Shown in pieces: positions 16,342 through 32,811 of a stretch of 64,000 nucleotides of DNA (the stretch's first letter is position 1; each line of letters begins with the position of its first letter). Under the pieces are notes generated by a model. The model searched no databases and was not told the origin of the DNA. It saw only the letters and a program-made list of their open reading frames with translations. The translations under genes and the position numbers were made by a program. The DNA comes from the human T2T-CHM13v2.0 reference genome, Homo sapiens: assembly GCF_009914755.1 (NCBI RefSeq), contig NC_060934.1; one strand, written 5' to 3'.

Positions 16342-16640
16342 GTTTTATTTTTTTCTTTGAGACAGAGTCTGGCTTTGTCACCCAGACTGGGATGCAGTGG
16401 CATGATCCCGGCTCACTGCAACCTCTGCCTCCCAGGTTCAAGGAATTCTCTGCTTCAGCCTCCTGAGTAGCTGGGATTACAGTCGCCCACCACCACGCCT
16501 GGCTAATTTTTTTTGTATTTTTAGTAGAGACGGGATTTCACCATCTTGGCCAAGGTGGTCTTGAGCTCCTGACTTCGTGATCCACCTGCCTCAGCCTCCC
16601 AAAGTGCTGGGATTACAGGCGTGAGCCACTGCGCCCAGCC
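16342..16640 (-). mobile_element. Alu
   Basis: Consensus. Confidence 0.9.
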
Positions 16641-16803
16641 CAAATTTTTATATTTATATTTACCCTTAGAGAAACTATAAAATTTAACACAATTTCAATC
16701 AAAATTTAAATTAAAAAATCTTAACGGGGAGCTTAGTTTTGTTTTACTTGATAAAATAATTTTTAACTTCCTCAGGAAACAACCTCAGGGAATAGCAAGG
16801 AAC

Positions 16804-17577
16804 TGAAGACTAAACTCTGATTTTTTTTATCTTACCCAAATTTCTATCTAAGGGGTCTGAGGAGTTATGCCCTACAAACCATAAATTCATATCAGATGGG
16901 TTTTATTTAACCCCATAAAATGTGACTTACTTTCCAACCAGACTCTGGCATAACATTATGAGACAAGGAAGAAAATAAAAACATTTTACCCCAAAAACAT
17001 GTTTGTCACATTTTGAAATGGCCCTGCAAGCCGTCCTTTGTGGGAAAATTTGCATCTCTAAATAATCTCTATTAACTAACATAGCTAGGCCTTTTCCTTC
17101 CAGGCCCTTCTAATTCTGAATAGATTGACTGAGAGTCTAGCACCTTTTAAAGGGTCTGAATAGGAAACATCTGTCATCTCTTGTTTTCAAGGATAGCCAC
17201 TATGAGACTTCAAAAGAACTTTGGTCTCCACAACCTTTTATCTTAACCTGAACATTTCCTTTCTATTGATCCCAGCTCCTTAGACAAAAATTCAACCAAT
17301 TGTCAACTAGAAAATGGTTAAATTTACCTGTAGCCTGGAAGCACCCCCACCCTTCAAGTTGTCCTGCCTTCCTGGAACAAACCAATGTATTCCTTAAATG
17401 TATTTGATTGATGTCTCATGCCCTCCTACAATGTATAAAATCAACCTGCACCCCCAACCACCTTGGGCGCATGTTCTCATGACATCCAGAGGGCTGTGTC
17501 AAGGTCCATGATCACTCACATTTGGCTCAGAATAAATCTCTTTAAATATTTTACAGAGTTGACTTTTTTCATTGACA
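16804..17577 (+). mobile_element. MER4E-type solo LTR
   Basis: TG...CA ends, AATAAA at 17531, 4-bp TSD GAAC. Confidence 0.8.
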
Positions 17578-17616
17578 GAACTTTTTTTGAAAATGCAAAT
17601 TTAAAAAGTAATTTAA

Positions 17617-17925
<309 letters not shown>

Positions 17926-18658
17926 TTAAGTTTGATGCTAGTTTCGAAAAAGCACAGAAGATCCAAATATACATGAGAATTTAGTATATGTTAAAATTTT
18001 CATTGAAAACAAAACAGTGTGGACATATATATATACCTTTTTTTCTTTTCTTTCTAATTTGGTCTTGAGGTCTCTCTCTCCTAAGGGTGGCTATAAACTA
18101 TCCCTGTGGGGCTCCTGGAATTTGGTGTCATGGATATTTGGTGTGCCATATGTTAAAAGTTTCATTTCAAATTTACTGAAAGTCCACTCTTAATTTTTAG
18201 AAGTTAGTAAGTTCCAAGAGAAGTAGCAATTTGAAGTCACTGGTGAAGGGTTCACACAAGGTGAATTTTTACATTTGGTTTCTCCACAGCATAAGGAATA
18301 AAACTGTTCTTTTGAAATGAAGAAGAGAACCACCTAGGAGACTATCACCCTGACCTGAGGACTTCACTAGGGATTCAGGAAAGAAGACACAGAAAGAAAG
18401 CAATCCTCAAGGTGTTATATCTGAATAGTTTAATTTTACTTAAAAATGTTTTTATTGAAGTATAAAAAATATAAAAGTATGCAATGGCATGTGTATCACT
18501 GTATAATTGATAAGTGAATGATGAAGAGACGTAAACACAAACATGTAAACACCAAGGAGTTCAAAGACAATATTACCAGTGCCTGAAGTCTCCTTGAATG
18601 ACCCATTCTCTATTGGTCATTTCTCTCCCTCTCAAAAGTAGCCCCATCTTGATTTCTG

Positions 18659-18962
<304 letters not shown>

Positions 18963-19044
18963 CCATCCTCACTTCTAACAATAAAGACCAGTTTTGCAAT
19001 TTATTATTGCAATTTCTTTTACTCATTTATTTTGAGGTAATCTT

Positions 19045-19362
<318 letters not shown>

Positions 19363-19401
19363 TAAATAAATTGCAAAAGTAGGATAAAGAATTCTCCTAT
19401 A

Positions 19402-19682
19402 GGCCAGGCATGGTTGCTCCTGCCTGTAATCCCAGCATTTTGAGAGGCTGAGGCAGATGGATCACGATGTCAGGAGTTTGAGAACATAGTGAAACCCCAT
19501 CTCTACTAAAAATATAAAAATTAGCTGGGTGTAGTGGTGCACACCTGTAAGCTCAGCTACTCAGGAGGCTGAGGCAGGAGAATTGCTTGAACCTGGGAGG
19601 CGGAGGTTACAGTGAGCCAAGATCATGCCATTGTACCCCAGCCTGGGTGACAGACTGAAACTCCATCTCAGAAAAAAAAAAA
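19402..19682 (+). mobile_element. Alu
   Basis: Consensus. Confidence 0.9.
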
Positions 19683-19985
19683 TTGAATTATCATATATCC
19701 TTCACCAAGATAATTCCATCATTAATATTTTGGCACATTTGCTTCATAATTTTTGCTATTTGTGTATATTATGTATTTATTTTTCTTAATCATTTGAGAG
19801 TCAGTTGTAGGAATCATTCCACTTTACTCCTAAGTTCTTAGCTGTATATTTTCTATCAGCAAGGATAAAATTCTCAGATAACCATGGTACAGTGCTCAAA
19901 ATCAGAAAAATTTAACAAAGATATAATATCTAATCTATAATGTACAGTCCATGTTCAAATTTCACTGATTGTCTCAATTAAGTCT

Positions 19986-20288
19986 TTTTTTTTTTTTTCT
20001 TGAGATGGAGTCTTACTCTGTCACCCAGGCTGCAGTGCTGTGGCACAATCTCGGCTCACTACAATCTCCCCTTCTCAGGTTCAAGTGATTGTCCTGCATC
20101 AGCCTCCTGAGTAGCTGGGACTACAGGCATGCACCACCATGCCCGGGTAAATTTTGTATTTTTTTTTTTAAGTAGAGATGGATTTTCACCATGTTATCCA
20201 GGATGATCTCGATCTCTTTACCTCGTGATCTCCCCATCTCATCCTCCTAAAGTGCTGAGATTACAGGCATGAGCCACTACGCCCAGCC
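19986..20288 (-). mobile_element. Alu (AluSc-like)
   Basis: Consensus. Confidence 0.9.
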
Positions 20289-20353
20289 TTCAATTAAGAC
20301 TTTTATAGATAATTGTTTTTCTGATTCAAGATCCAATTCAAAAACTGTTTCTG

Positions 20354-21706
20354 GGCTGGGTGTGATGACTCATGCCTGTAATCCCAGTACTTTGGGAGGC
20401 CGAGGCGGGTGGATCACTTGAGGTCAGGAGTTTGAGACCAGCCTGGCCAACATGGTGAAACCCCATCTCTACAATAGATACAAAAACTATCTGGGCATAT
20501 CAGGGGAACCTGCCCCCAATATTTCAACATAGGTTCTTTCTATTTTCCATAAGTGTCAGCCGGCTGAGAAAAATAAAGAGAAAGAGTACAAAGAGAGGAA
20601 TTTTACAGCTGGGCCTCTGGGGGTGACATCACATCGGTAGGACCGTGATGCCCACCTGAGCCTTAAAGCCAGCAAGTTTTATTAAGGATTTCAAAAGGGG
20701 AGGGGGTGCAAGAACAGGGAGTAGGTCACAAAGATCACATGCTTCTAAGGGAAAAATCAGAAACTCCTAATAAGGGTCTAACAAAGATCACAAGACAAAG
20801 GGCAAAGGCAAAGATCACAAAGCAAAGGGCAAAAACAAGATCACAAGGCAAAGGGCAAAAGCAGAATTACTGATAAGGGTCTATGTTCAGTGGTGCACGT
20901 ATTGTCTTTATAAACATCTTAAACAACAGAAAACAGGGTTTGAGAGCAGAGAACCAGGCTGACCTCAAATTTAGTGGGGCAGGGTTTTTCCCCACCCTAG
21001 TAAGCCTGAGGGTACTGCAGGAGACCAGGGCATATTTCAGTCCTTATCTCAACCATGTAAGACAGACACTCCCAAAGAAGCCGTTTATAGACCTCCCCAC
21101 AGGAATGCATTCCTTTCCCAGAGTATTAATCCTTGCTAGGAAAAGAATTTAGCGATATCTTCCCTACTTGCACCTCCATTTATAGGCTCTCTGCAAGAAG
21201 AAAAATATGGCTCTATTTTGCCCAACCCCGCAGGCAGTCAGACCTTATAGTTGTCTTCCCTTGTTCCCTGAAAATCGCTGTTATTCTATTCTTTTTCAAG
21301 GTGCAATGATTTCATATTGTTCAAACACACATGTTTTACATTCAATTTGTACAGTTAACACAATAGTGGTCCTGAGGTGACATACATCCTCAGTTTACGA
21401 AGATAATAGGATTAAGAGATTAAAGTAAGACAGGAGAAAGAAATTATGAAAGTATTATTTGGGAACTGGTAAATGTCTATGAAATCTTCACAATTTATGT
21501 TCCTCTGCCACGGCTCCAGCCGGTCCCTCTGTTCAGGGTCCCTGACTTCCCACAACACAGGTGTGGTGGCCCGTGTCTCCTGAGTTGGAAGAATCACTTG
21601 AACCCAGGAGGCAGAGGTTGCAATGAGCCGAGATCACGCCACTTCACGCCAGTCTGGGCAATAGAGGGAGACTCTGTCTAAACAAACAAACAAACCAAAA
21701 CAAAAA
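20354..21706 (+). mobile_element. Alu split by MER11 (20354-20497 and 21558-21706)
   Basis: Left and right arms flank the LTR; TSD aaaac(t/c)gtttctgg. Confidence 0.85.
20498..21557 (-). mobile_element. MER11 (HERV-K11/HML-8) solo LTR, MER11B/C-like
   Basis: Reverse complement starts TGTTGTGGGAAGTCAGGGACCCTGAAC; 1060 bp; internal AAGATCACAA..CAAAGGGCAAA repeats. Confidence 0.9.
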
Positions 21707-22446
21707 CCGTTTCTGGCCAAGGTGGAGTAACAAGGACTGGATTTACCCTCCTGCCTAAAACAACTGAAGAAACCAGATAAAATATATGAAACAATGTTTT
21801 CAAGTCACTGGATATCAGGCAATGAGCACAGTGACCCATGAAACATGAAATAAGTAAGCTCTACATTTGCCACAGCTTACTGCCTTAAAAGAGTTTCCAG
21901 GCTGTGGCACAAGGAGGGGGATCCCAGGCTGAGCGTCATAGACTCCTTGAATTGAGGAGACGCAGCTGAGAGTCCAGAGACACCAAGGCAGCTAGAGTTT
22001 GTAGGACAAATTACCAAGGAAGAGAGCTGCACAGAGAGAGACAGCTCTGGTGATCTTCAGAAGGTCCCCTTGAAAACTCAGCAGAGTGCTGTCTGGAACA
22101 TGCGTATGAGGATATCACCTGAGACTGGGGAATCATCCAAAAAGATTGAAGAGAATAGAGCCCAGTGATGCTGGAAAAAGTACCTGCTGTCACCAGCCAG
22201 GATGAGAAAATCATAATTCATGAGCACTGGGGTAGAGTACTCAGAATGATCTTGTCTCAGCAACAAAGAATAATTAGCCCTAGAATAAACACTACAAATG
22301 TTAAAAGCAAGACCCAACACTATCAATTAACTGCACCCCAGAAGAAGCCTCAAGAATATTTAGAGAAATACAAAAACATTTTATGGGGCTAAAAGCACCA
22401 TAAAATTTGTAATATCTGCTAATCTCATTCAAAGATTAGCAGGCTT

Positions 22447-22741
22447 GGCCAGGAGTGGCTCATGCCTATAATCCCAGCACTTTGGGAGGCCAAGGTGGGT
22501 GGATCACCTGAGGTCAGGAGGTGGAGAGCAGCCTGGCAAGCATGGTGAAACCCTCTCTCTACTAAAAAGACAAAAATTAGCTGGGCGTGGTGGCAGGCAC
22601 CTGTAGTCTCAGCTACTCAGGAGGCTGAGGCAGGAGAACTGCTTGAACCAGGGAGTTGGAGGTTGCAGTGAGTTGAGATCACGCCATCGCACTCCAGCCT
22701 GGGCAACAGAGTGAGACTCCGTCTCAAAAAAAAAAAAAAAA
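22447..22741 (+). mobile_element. Alu
   Basis: Consensus. Confidence 0.9.
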
Positions 22742-22884
22742 GATCAGCAGGTTTGCAAAGAAACAGAAAAATAATAACTCACTATGAGGAGAAAAATCAA
22801 CTATGCAAAACTGACCCAGAACTGATGCACATGTCAGATTTAGCAGACAAGGACATTAAACAAGTTTCCATAACTGTGTTCTAG

Positions 22885-23224
<340 letters not shown>

Positions 23225-23681
23225 GACATGGAAGATATTAAAAGATCAAACCAAACATGTAGAGATGGAACTTACAATGTCTGTGATGAAAATACACTGA
23301 ATGGGATTAACAGCAGATTAGAAACTGAAGGGAAGATTGGTACATTTTAAGATAGCAGTAGAAACTTCAAAATGAAACAATAAGAAAATATAAAAAATAA
23401 GAAGCATCAGTGAGCTGTGGGACAACTTTAAGCTGTCTGACATATATGTAATTGAAATCCACAAGAAGAGGGTGGAGAAGGGGACAGTAAAATTTTTATT
23501 TGAAACATTAATGGCCAGACATTTTATACATTTTATGAAAACCATAGTTGGGAGAACCAGGAAGCTTGATAAACTACAATCTGCAATTATAGTTTGAAAT
23601 CTCATACTCCTTCTCAATATTTGGTGGAATAGAAAATCAACAAGGATATCAAAAACCTAAACAACACTATCAACCATGTTA

Positions 23682-24077
<396 letters not shown>

Positions 24078-24243
24078 TTACCAAAAATGACTATAATTTG
24101 GGCCATAAAATATGTCTCATAAATTTAAAAGAATTCAAGTCATTCAAAATACATTCTTTGGCCATAATGGAGTTAAATTATAAATTAATACCTAATTATG
24201 TTTGGATAATAATCAAATATTTGGAAACTAAATACCAAACTCA

Positions 24244-24400
24244 TTTCTTCTTCTTTCTCCTCCTCTTCTTCTTTTTCCTCTTCTCTCCTCCTACTTCTCC
24301 CCCTCCCCCTTTGCCTCCTTCTCCTCTTTCTTCTTTTTCTTTCTCCTTCTCCTTCTTCCTTGTTTTCCTTCTCTTTATTCTTCTTTCTTTTCTTGTTTGT
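24244..24400 (+). repeat. CT-rich low-complexity tract (expanded AluJ tail)
   Basis: About 155 bp almost purely pyrimidine. Confidence 0.85.
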
Positions 24401-24660
24401 TGCCTAGATAGGAGTGCAGTGGTGTGATCATAGCTCACTGCAGCCTCCACCCTGGGATGAGGTGATCTTCTGGCCTCAGCCTCCCTAGTAGCTAGGACTA
24501 CAGGCATGTGCCACCATGCCTCCAGCTGTTTTTCTTATTTTTTGTAGAGAGCAGGTCTCACTGTGTTGCCCAGGCTGGTCTCAAACTCCTGGACTTAAGC
24601 AATTCTCCTGCTTTGGCCTCTAAAATGCTGGGATTAGAGGCATGACCCATTGCACCCTAC
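24400..24660 (-). mobile_element. Alu (AluJ-like)
   Basis: Consensus. Confidence 0.85.
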
Positions 24661-24693
24661 TTAAATAATATACTTCTAAATAACCCATGGGTC

Positions 24694-24989
24694 AGACCAG
24701 GCACGGTGGTTCACACCTGTAATCCCAGCACTTTAGGAGGCTGAGGTGGGTGGATCAGGAGGTCAGGAGCTTGAGACCAGTCTGGCCAACATGGTGAAAC
24801 CCTGTCTCTACCAAAATACAAAAAATTAGCCAGACGTGGTGGACTGCGCCTGTAGTCTCAGCTATCAGGAGGCTGAGACAGGAGAATTTCTTGAACCCAG
24901 GGGACAGAGGTTGCGGTGAGCTGAGATTGTGCCACAGCACTCCAGCCTGGGTGACAGAGCAACACTCCATCTCAAAAAATAAAAAATAA
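24694..24989 (+). mobile_element. Alu
   Basis: Consensus. Confidence 0.9.
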
Positions 24990-25385
24990 CACATGGGTCA
25001 AATTGAAAATTAAAAGGGGGAAATTAGAAGGTAATTTGAACTGCATGAAAATAAAAACACATCAAAATTTGTGGGATACAATTAAACCTGCACTTGGAAG
25101 AAAATTTTTAGCACTAAACATTCAAAAAAAGAAGTCTCTAATGAATGACCTCAGCTTCCCACCTTAAGGAACCAGAAACATTTAAGAGCAAAAATAGCTA
25201 AAAGTAAGCAGGAGAAAGGAAATAAATAAGCATCAGAGTGGAAATCAATGAAATAGAAGAAAATAGAGAAAATTAATGAACTGAAAAGCTGGTCATTTGA
25301 GAAGAGAAATAAAATTGACAAGCCTCCAGCCAGAGCGATTAGGAAAAGAGGGAACAAACAAATGACTAATATCAGGAATAAGAGT

Positions 25386-25696
<311 letters not shown>

Positions 25697-25719
25697 TCAG
25701 ACCTTAAAATTAAGCAAGG

Positions 25720-25852
25720 GGCTGGGTGCCGTGGCTCACGCCTATAATCCCAGCACTTTGGGAGGCTGAGGTGGGTGGATCACCTGAGGTCAGGAGTTTG
25801 AGACTAGTCTGGCCAACATGATGAAACCCTGTCTCTACTAAAAATACAAAAA
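25720..25852 (+). mobile_element. Alu left arm only
   Basis: Ends at the A-rich linker, fused to L1 sequence. Confidence 0.85.
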
Positions 25853-25960
25853 TCTCTCCAAGATTGGGAACAAGACAAGGATTTCCACTCACACCACATC
25901 TGTACTACATTGTTCTGGAGGATCTGCTACTACATTCAGGCAAGATAAAGAAATAAAGTA

Positions 25961-26584
<624 letters not shown>

Positions 26585-26689
26585 GTAGTTGACTTCTGGA
26601 ATGGCAAAATGATTTCTGTGAAACTTCTCTCTAGTGAAACAATCTTTCTTGGTGAATTTTTTTTTAAATGACCACTTAATATTTTTGGA

Positions 26690-27054
<365 letters not shown>

Positions 27055-27662
27055 TAAAACATATGAAACAACTGTGTTTAATTTAAATAGAATACTCTCT
27101 CTTTTTTAAAAAATAGAATACTCTCTTGAGCCCTGTGTTATTACTTTATTGAATATGGTGTGAACTAAGAAGCTGACTTTGTTTTCTTCTAAATGAATAG
27201 CCAATTGATCTTTCACTGTTAAATTCATTCGCTATTATTTCATGGATTTGAAATTTCTTTTTTATTGTGTACAAAATTATCCTTCGGAGTGGCTATTGCA
27301 TTTGTAGGCTCTGCATTATTTTTCACAGTTTTCTACTGCTGGTGCTTAACCCAGATGGGCCAGTCACAGGACCTCACCCTCCTAGTCTCACATTGAAGAT
27401 TTCATTGATGAGTTTTTGATTAAGTTGAACCACTGAGAGCTTATCCTAAGATTTTCATAACTGGAGGTGTTTATGTTCCAATTACTTGGTGACTGGAATG
27501 CATTTTCAGTAAGAGAAAAAATGTGTGGAAATGTAGGAAAGCAAAGAGAAGCATGATGGTGAACAGGCTCAAGCATTGTTTGAGCTGCTGATTCTACAGC
27601 TCAAAGACCCGCACCATACCTCTGCTGTGGCTTCTTCATGAAGCCAATAAATACCAATGTCT

Positions 27663-27956
27663 GGCTGTGCATGTGTGGCTCACACCTCAAATCCCAGTGC
27701 TTTGGGAGGATTGCTTGAAGCCAGGAGTTGGAGACCAACCTGGGCAACATAATGAGACCCTGTCTCTGAAAAAAATAAAAGAAAATTAGCTGTGTGGGGT
27801 GATGTGCATCTGTCATCCTAGCTGTTTGTGAGATTGAGGTGGCAGGTTGCTTGAGTCCACGTGTTCAAGATTATAGTGAGCTGTGATCCCACCACCGCAC
27901 TCCAGCCTGTGTGACAGAGCAGGACCCTGTCTCTAAATACTTAATACATACATACA
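27663..27956 (+). mobile_element. Alu (AluJ-like)
   Basis: Diverged consensus. Confidence 0.85.
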
Positions 27957-28050
27957 TTTCACTATTTTCCGTGTACCATCATCTGTTCTGAGTTCTGCTG
28001 CAATCAATTATTCATTGATACTGTGCTAAACATATTTTAATTATTATGCC

Positions 28051-28359
28051 TTTATTTATTTATTTATTTATATTTTTTGAGATGGAGTTTCAGTCTTGTT
28101 TTCCAACCTGGAGTGCAATGGTGCGATCTTGGCTCACTGCAACCTCCGCTTCCCGGGTTCAAGCGATTAATCTGCCTCAGCCTCCCGAGTAGCTGGGATT
28201 ACAGGCATGCACCACCACGCCCAGCTAATTTTGTATCTTTAGTAGAGATGGAATTTCACCATGTTGGTCAGGCTGGTCTCCAACTCCCGACCTCAGGTGA
28301 TCCGCCCTCCTCAGCCTCCCAAAGTGCTGGGATTACAGGTGTGAGCCACTGAACCTGGC
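28051..28359 (-). mobile_element. Alu
   Basis: Consensus. Confidence 0.9.
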
Positions 28360-28687
28360 TGACTTTAATATTTTTTAAAATATTGTAGAATGTATTAGAA
28401 TTCTTAGAATCTATTTGACACCCACCTCTTCTTTCAGGGATGGAATTTTTAAGATTTGGATTCAATTTTCATTCAACTGGATAGAACCAGCTTGCTAGAG
28501 CCATTCCATGAAGGAGACAGAGCCAGTGGCTAGGGCCTTGAGCTGCAATTGCCTTTCCCCATTTCCTCTCTCCCACTGTTCAGGCCCCACCCCACACTGT
28601 CTTCTGAAGAGGGCTCTCTGGGCCATGGTCATGAGTGCCATCTTTCCCTACCTGGGTCTCCTTCCTCCTCCTTATCAAGTCGCTGTC

Positions 28688-29281
<594 letters not shown>

Positions 29282-29358
29282 AAGTCTCTGTCTTTCATTC
29301 AACAAACAGAAGTCTCATTTGGACTTCCAGGAGGAGTCAGACTTTCTGTCTACTCTCC

Positions 29359-29557
29359 CGAACTTGTCTAACCCACCCTATTTGTTGTTGTTGTCCTGTT
29401 TTGTTTTGTTTCAGGATTTTAGCAGCCTGATTCCATGGTTTTTAGTTTCTGTCTCTAGTGATAAGTGGAAAAGAAGGATGAGGAATGGGCTTTGCTGGCC
29501 CAACCAGAAACAGAAACTAAGAACCCATGACTGTATTCACTCCCTTGGACACCCATG
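29359..29557. mobile_element. MER30-type hAT MITE
   Basis: CTTGTCTAACCC...CCCAACCAGAAACAGAAACTAAGAACCCATGACTGTATTC...TTGGACACCC. Confidence 0.7.
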
Positions 29558-29599
29558 CTAAAGCATCTTCAGTGTGCTGTGTCAGGGTGGCAGGGTGGT

Positions 29600-29963
29600 A
29601 GGGTGGCTGCAGCTGCCATAACAAAGCACTGCAGCCTGGGCAGCAAAGACAATGGAAATCTATGGTCTTACTGTGTGGAGGCTGGAAGGCCAAGATCAAA
29701 GAGCAGGTTGGTTTCTCCTGAGGCCTCTTCTTGGTTTGTAGATAGCCATCTTTTCCCCGTGTCTGTCTCATGGTCGTCCCAGTGTGTGTGTCTGTGTTGT
29801 AATCTCTTTTTTTTTATAAAGACACCAGTCATATTGGATTATGATCCCCTTTTAACTTAATTACATCTTCTAAGGTCTTGTCTCAAAATGTCAGATTCTG
29901 AGGTACTGGGCATTAGGACTTCAACATGGGAATTTTAAAGGGGATGCAGTTCAGCCCATCACA
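29600..29963 (-). mobile_element. MLT1 (MaLR) LTR
   Basis: GCTGCCATAACAAAG...GGAGGCTGGAAG...TTCAGCCCATCACA. Confidence 0.75.
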
Positions 29964-31054
29964 GAGGGAGGGGATCTGTGCACAGAGTTTATCACACTGC
30001 TGCATGTGGGAAACTTTGGCTTGATGATTTCATCCTTGCCAAACCCCTCTTGCTTGCCTGGCTCTAACCAACAAAGCCTCAAAATCTAGACCACATACAG
30101 GCTTCACTGAGCACCTGCATAACTAAGTGGCTAAATGACTACCATCGACCCTTTCTCTGGCCTTAGGATCAGAATGGCCAGCAGGAGGCCATATGCACCT
30201 AAACCAGATGGAAGAAAATGGCCCGGGGTGACCAGCTGGCTCTCTTTATCAAGCTCAGACTCCTCAAGTCCCCGCTTGGAAGAACAGTCACAGATTCCAT
30301 ATACAGGTAAGCAGGAAACTGACATCTTTGTCTCTAGCAGTTGTTGAGCTGGTGCCTGCTAAGGAGATGCAGGAAGATAATGAAATTCACTGAATGAGCA
30401 AAATTGTGTCGCTGCTTGAGTAAGTTCATGTTTCTGAAGAGACAGCTCATAGCACACATCAGATCCTTAACCTGTGCCCCACTTTCCCCAAAAGAGTCAC
30501 TTTCCAAAGGAGATTCAAATTCTGACCTATCCACAAACCTCACTTCCATGATTTTGAAAGTAAGAGGGTAGATTTCCTCTCAGAGCTCCATCTGGAGTCC
30601 TGTGCTCTATGCACCCTTGGGTGTCATCAGGGCCATGACTGTGTGGTGGCTTCCAGAAAGAAGTCCAAGGGAATCTGCCTGATTGCCTGGGGACTTCCTT
30701 GGCACAGAGTGATGGACCCTTCTCTCCCAGCACAGAGAGGGGCACTGGACTAAGGTGTAAGTGCCAGGGTTCTGAAGGGAGCAAATCACAGAAAGATAAC
30801 TTGTATTTGGCAAGTTCCAGTGCCACACCCACTCAAGAAATTTCCTGGGAACTTGGAAGTGCTAAGTGAGCCCAACTGGAAAGGAAAGAATGATGGGGGG
30901 GGGAGTATATTTAGAAAGCTAGAGTTTAAAGCTTGACACTGTTCTCTTAAGCTCTTCTGGTTGGTTTTTTCCTCTGCTTATCATCTCTGGAGCTTCCTCT
31001 TGGTGCAGCTCCCTCCCCTGCAGACTCAGTCCTGCAAATGCCAGCTCCATTTCC

Positions 31055-31357
31055 TTTATTTTTATTTTATATTTTGCGACAGAGTCCTGCTCTGTCACCC
31101 AGGCTGGAGTGCAGTGGCACAATCTTGGCTCACTGCAACCTCTGCCTCCCAGGCTCAAGTAATTCTCTTGCTCAGCCTCCCTAGTAGCTGGCATAACAGG
31201 CACATGCTGCTACCACCTGGCTAATTTTTGTATTTGTAGTAGAGATAGGGTTTTGCCATGTTGGCCAGGCTGGTCTTGAATGCCTGACCTCAAGCGATCC
31301 ACCCCCCTCAGCCTGCCAAAATGTTGGGATTACAGGTGTGAGCCACTGCACCTGGCC
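31055..31357 (-). mobile_element. Alu
   Basis: Consensus; TSD cagct(c/t)catttccttta. Confidence 0.9.
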
Positions 31358-32700
31358 CCAGCTTCATTTCCTTTAACGAGGAAGAGCTCTGGGCTCTGCC
31401 TGGGGCTCCCATCCCCATGCCACTGCCTGGAATGTCTCACGCTATAAGCTGGGGCAGTCTGTGTAAGCTGGGGCAGTCGGAGGCGCACCTCACTTGATTC
31501 CTGTCTCTCAGGAACACTGTCCTTCAACTGCCTGATGTCCATGGTCTGGTGCGCCATCATTTCCAACATTTTGTCTGCTATTCGAGTCCTTTCAGACGGG
31601 AGGATAAATTTGGTTCCTGTTACTCCATCTTGGCTAAAAGCATAAGTCCCATAGCCATTTATATATTCCAGAAAATAAGAGAAGTGAAGGCATGATCATT
31701 GTATGTTACTGTATTGTACCACTGTCCACATTGAACCTGTTGTTCCCACCACCGACATGTTCAGGAGTTAGTCTTTGTGGCTGTTCTGAGGCTGCCATAG
31801 TCCCCTCATCTTTCCAGTCTCTCTTCTGAGGCTGCAAGTCCTCTGGGGCTCTACCACTGTGTTTGTGGGAGCAAGGCAGATTGCAGCAGCCAGCAAGCCC
31901 CTTTTGCTCAGGGGGAATAGGTGTGAATGAGATCCTGGTAAGAGGGGCTGCTTTTCCTGGAAGTAAAAGGCCTCTCTGGGAATGAGGCCTGCAGTCCTTT
32001 TATTTAAGGGAGTTGGGAGGCAATGGTTGCTACCCACCTTTCAGACTCTGGACCTGTCATTAACAACTTCGTTCTTAGCGTCCCACCTTTCAAAGTCATC
32101 CCCCAGCTGGATGAGGGGTTATAACCTCAAGCATATTCTAAGAATTTCATCACCAAGTCATCCCTTTTTCCTCCTACAAGGAATTCAAGATCTCCAAGCA
32201 GCAGGGAGGGGGTTCAGAATACATATTCAAGTTGTTGCAGCTCAAAACACTGATGTAGACATGGCTGGCACCAACGTGGCTCTAGGACATACTCCAGGTA
32301 ACAGAAAAGATGGTCAACGAATTAAGGATCCCAAATGGAGTCACAGATGGGAGTGGGGCCAGGGTTTGTGGGAATTGGATTCCAGGTCTCTGCATGCCTA
32401 CTTGGATTAGCCTTCACATCTTGGGAGGTTGTCCCTGTGCAGCAATGAATGGGGCCTCATTAGGGAACTGGGGTGCTAGTTCCAGTTTGTAAGTGAGTGC
32501 TCTGTGATCTCACTTTGCTTTTCTGGGCTCAGATGCCTCCTATGCACAACAATGAGGGTTAATATTTGTGATGATTAATTTTATGTGTTAACTTGGTCAC
32601 AGGGTGCCCAGATATTCTGGATGTGTCTGTAAGGGAGTTTCTGAATGAGATTAACATTTAAACCAGCTGACTGGCAGAATGGCTATTACTAAAAAGTCAA

Positions 32701-32811
32701 GGCTGGTCTGAAGGTACTGAGTTATCTCAACTGATTGTTCCCAGTCAGTTATAGACTGAACTCCTGGTTCTATTTTTTCTCCCCTTCTCACTACTGCACT
32801 TGACTAGTCTT
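32701..32811 (+). pseudogene. Y1 RNA retropseudogene (Y_RNA)
   Basis: GGCTGGTCTGAAGGTACTGAGTTATCTCAA...CACTTGACTAGTCTT, near full-length hY1; A19 tail; TSD aaaaagtcaa/aaaaagtaaa. Confidence 0.93.

Noticed and set aside
20720-20865. ~23-bp repeats resembling an array
   Set aside because: Contiguous tandem repeats internal to MER11, with no spacers; not CRISPR
31982-32410. 142-aa ORF in unique sequence
   Set aside because: No recognisable domain, promoter or splice support
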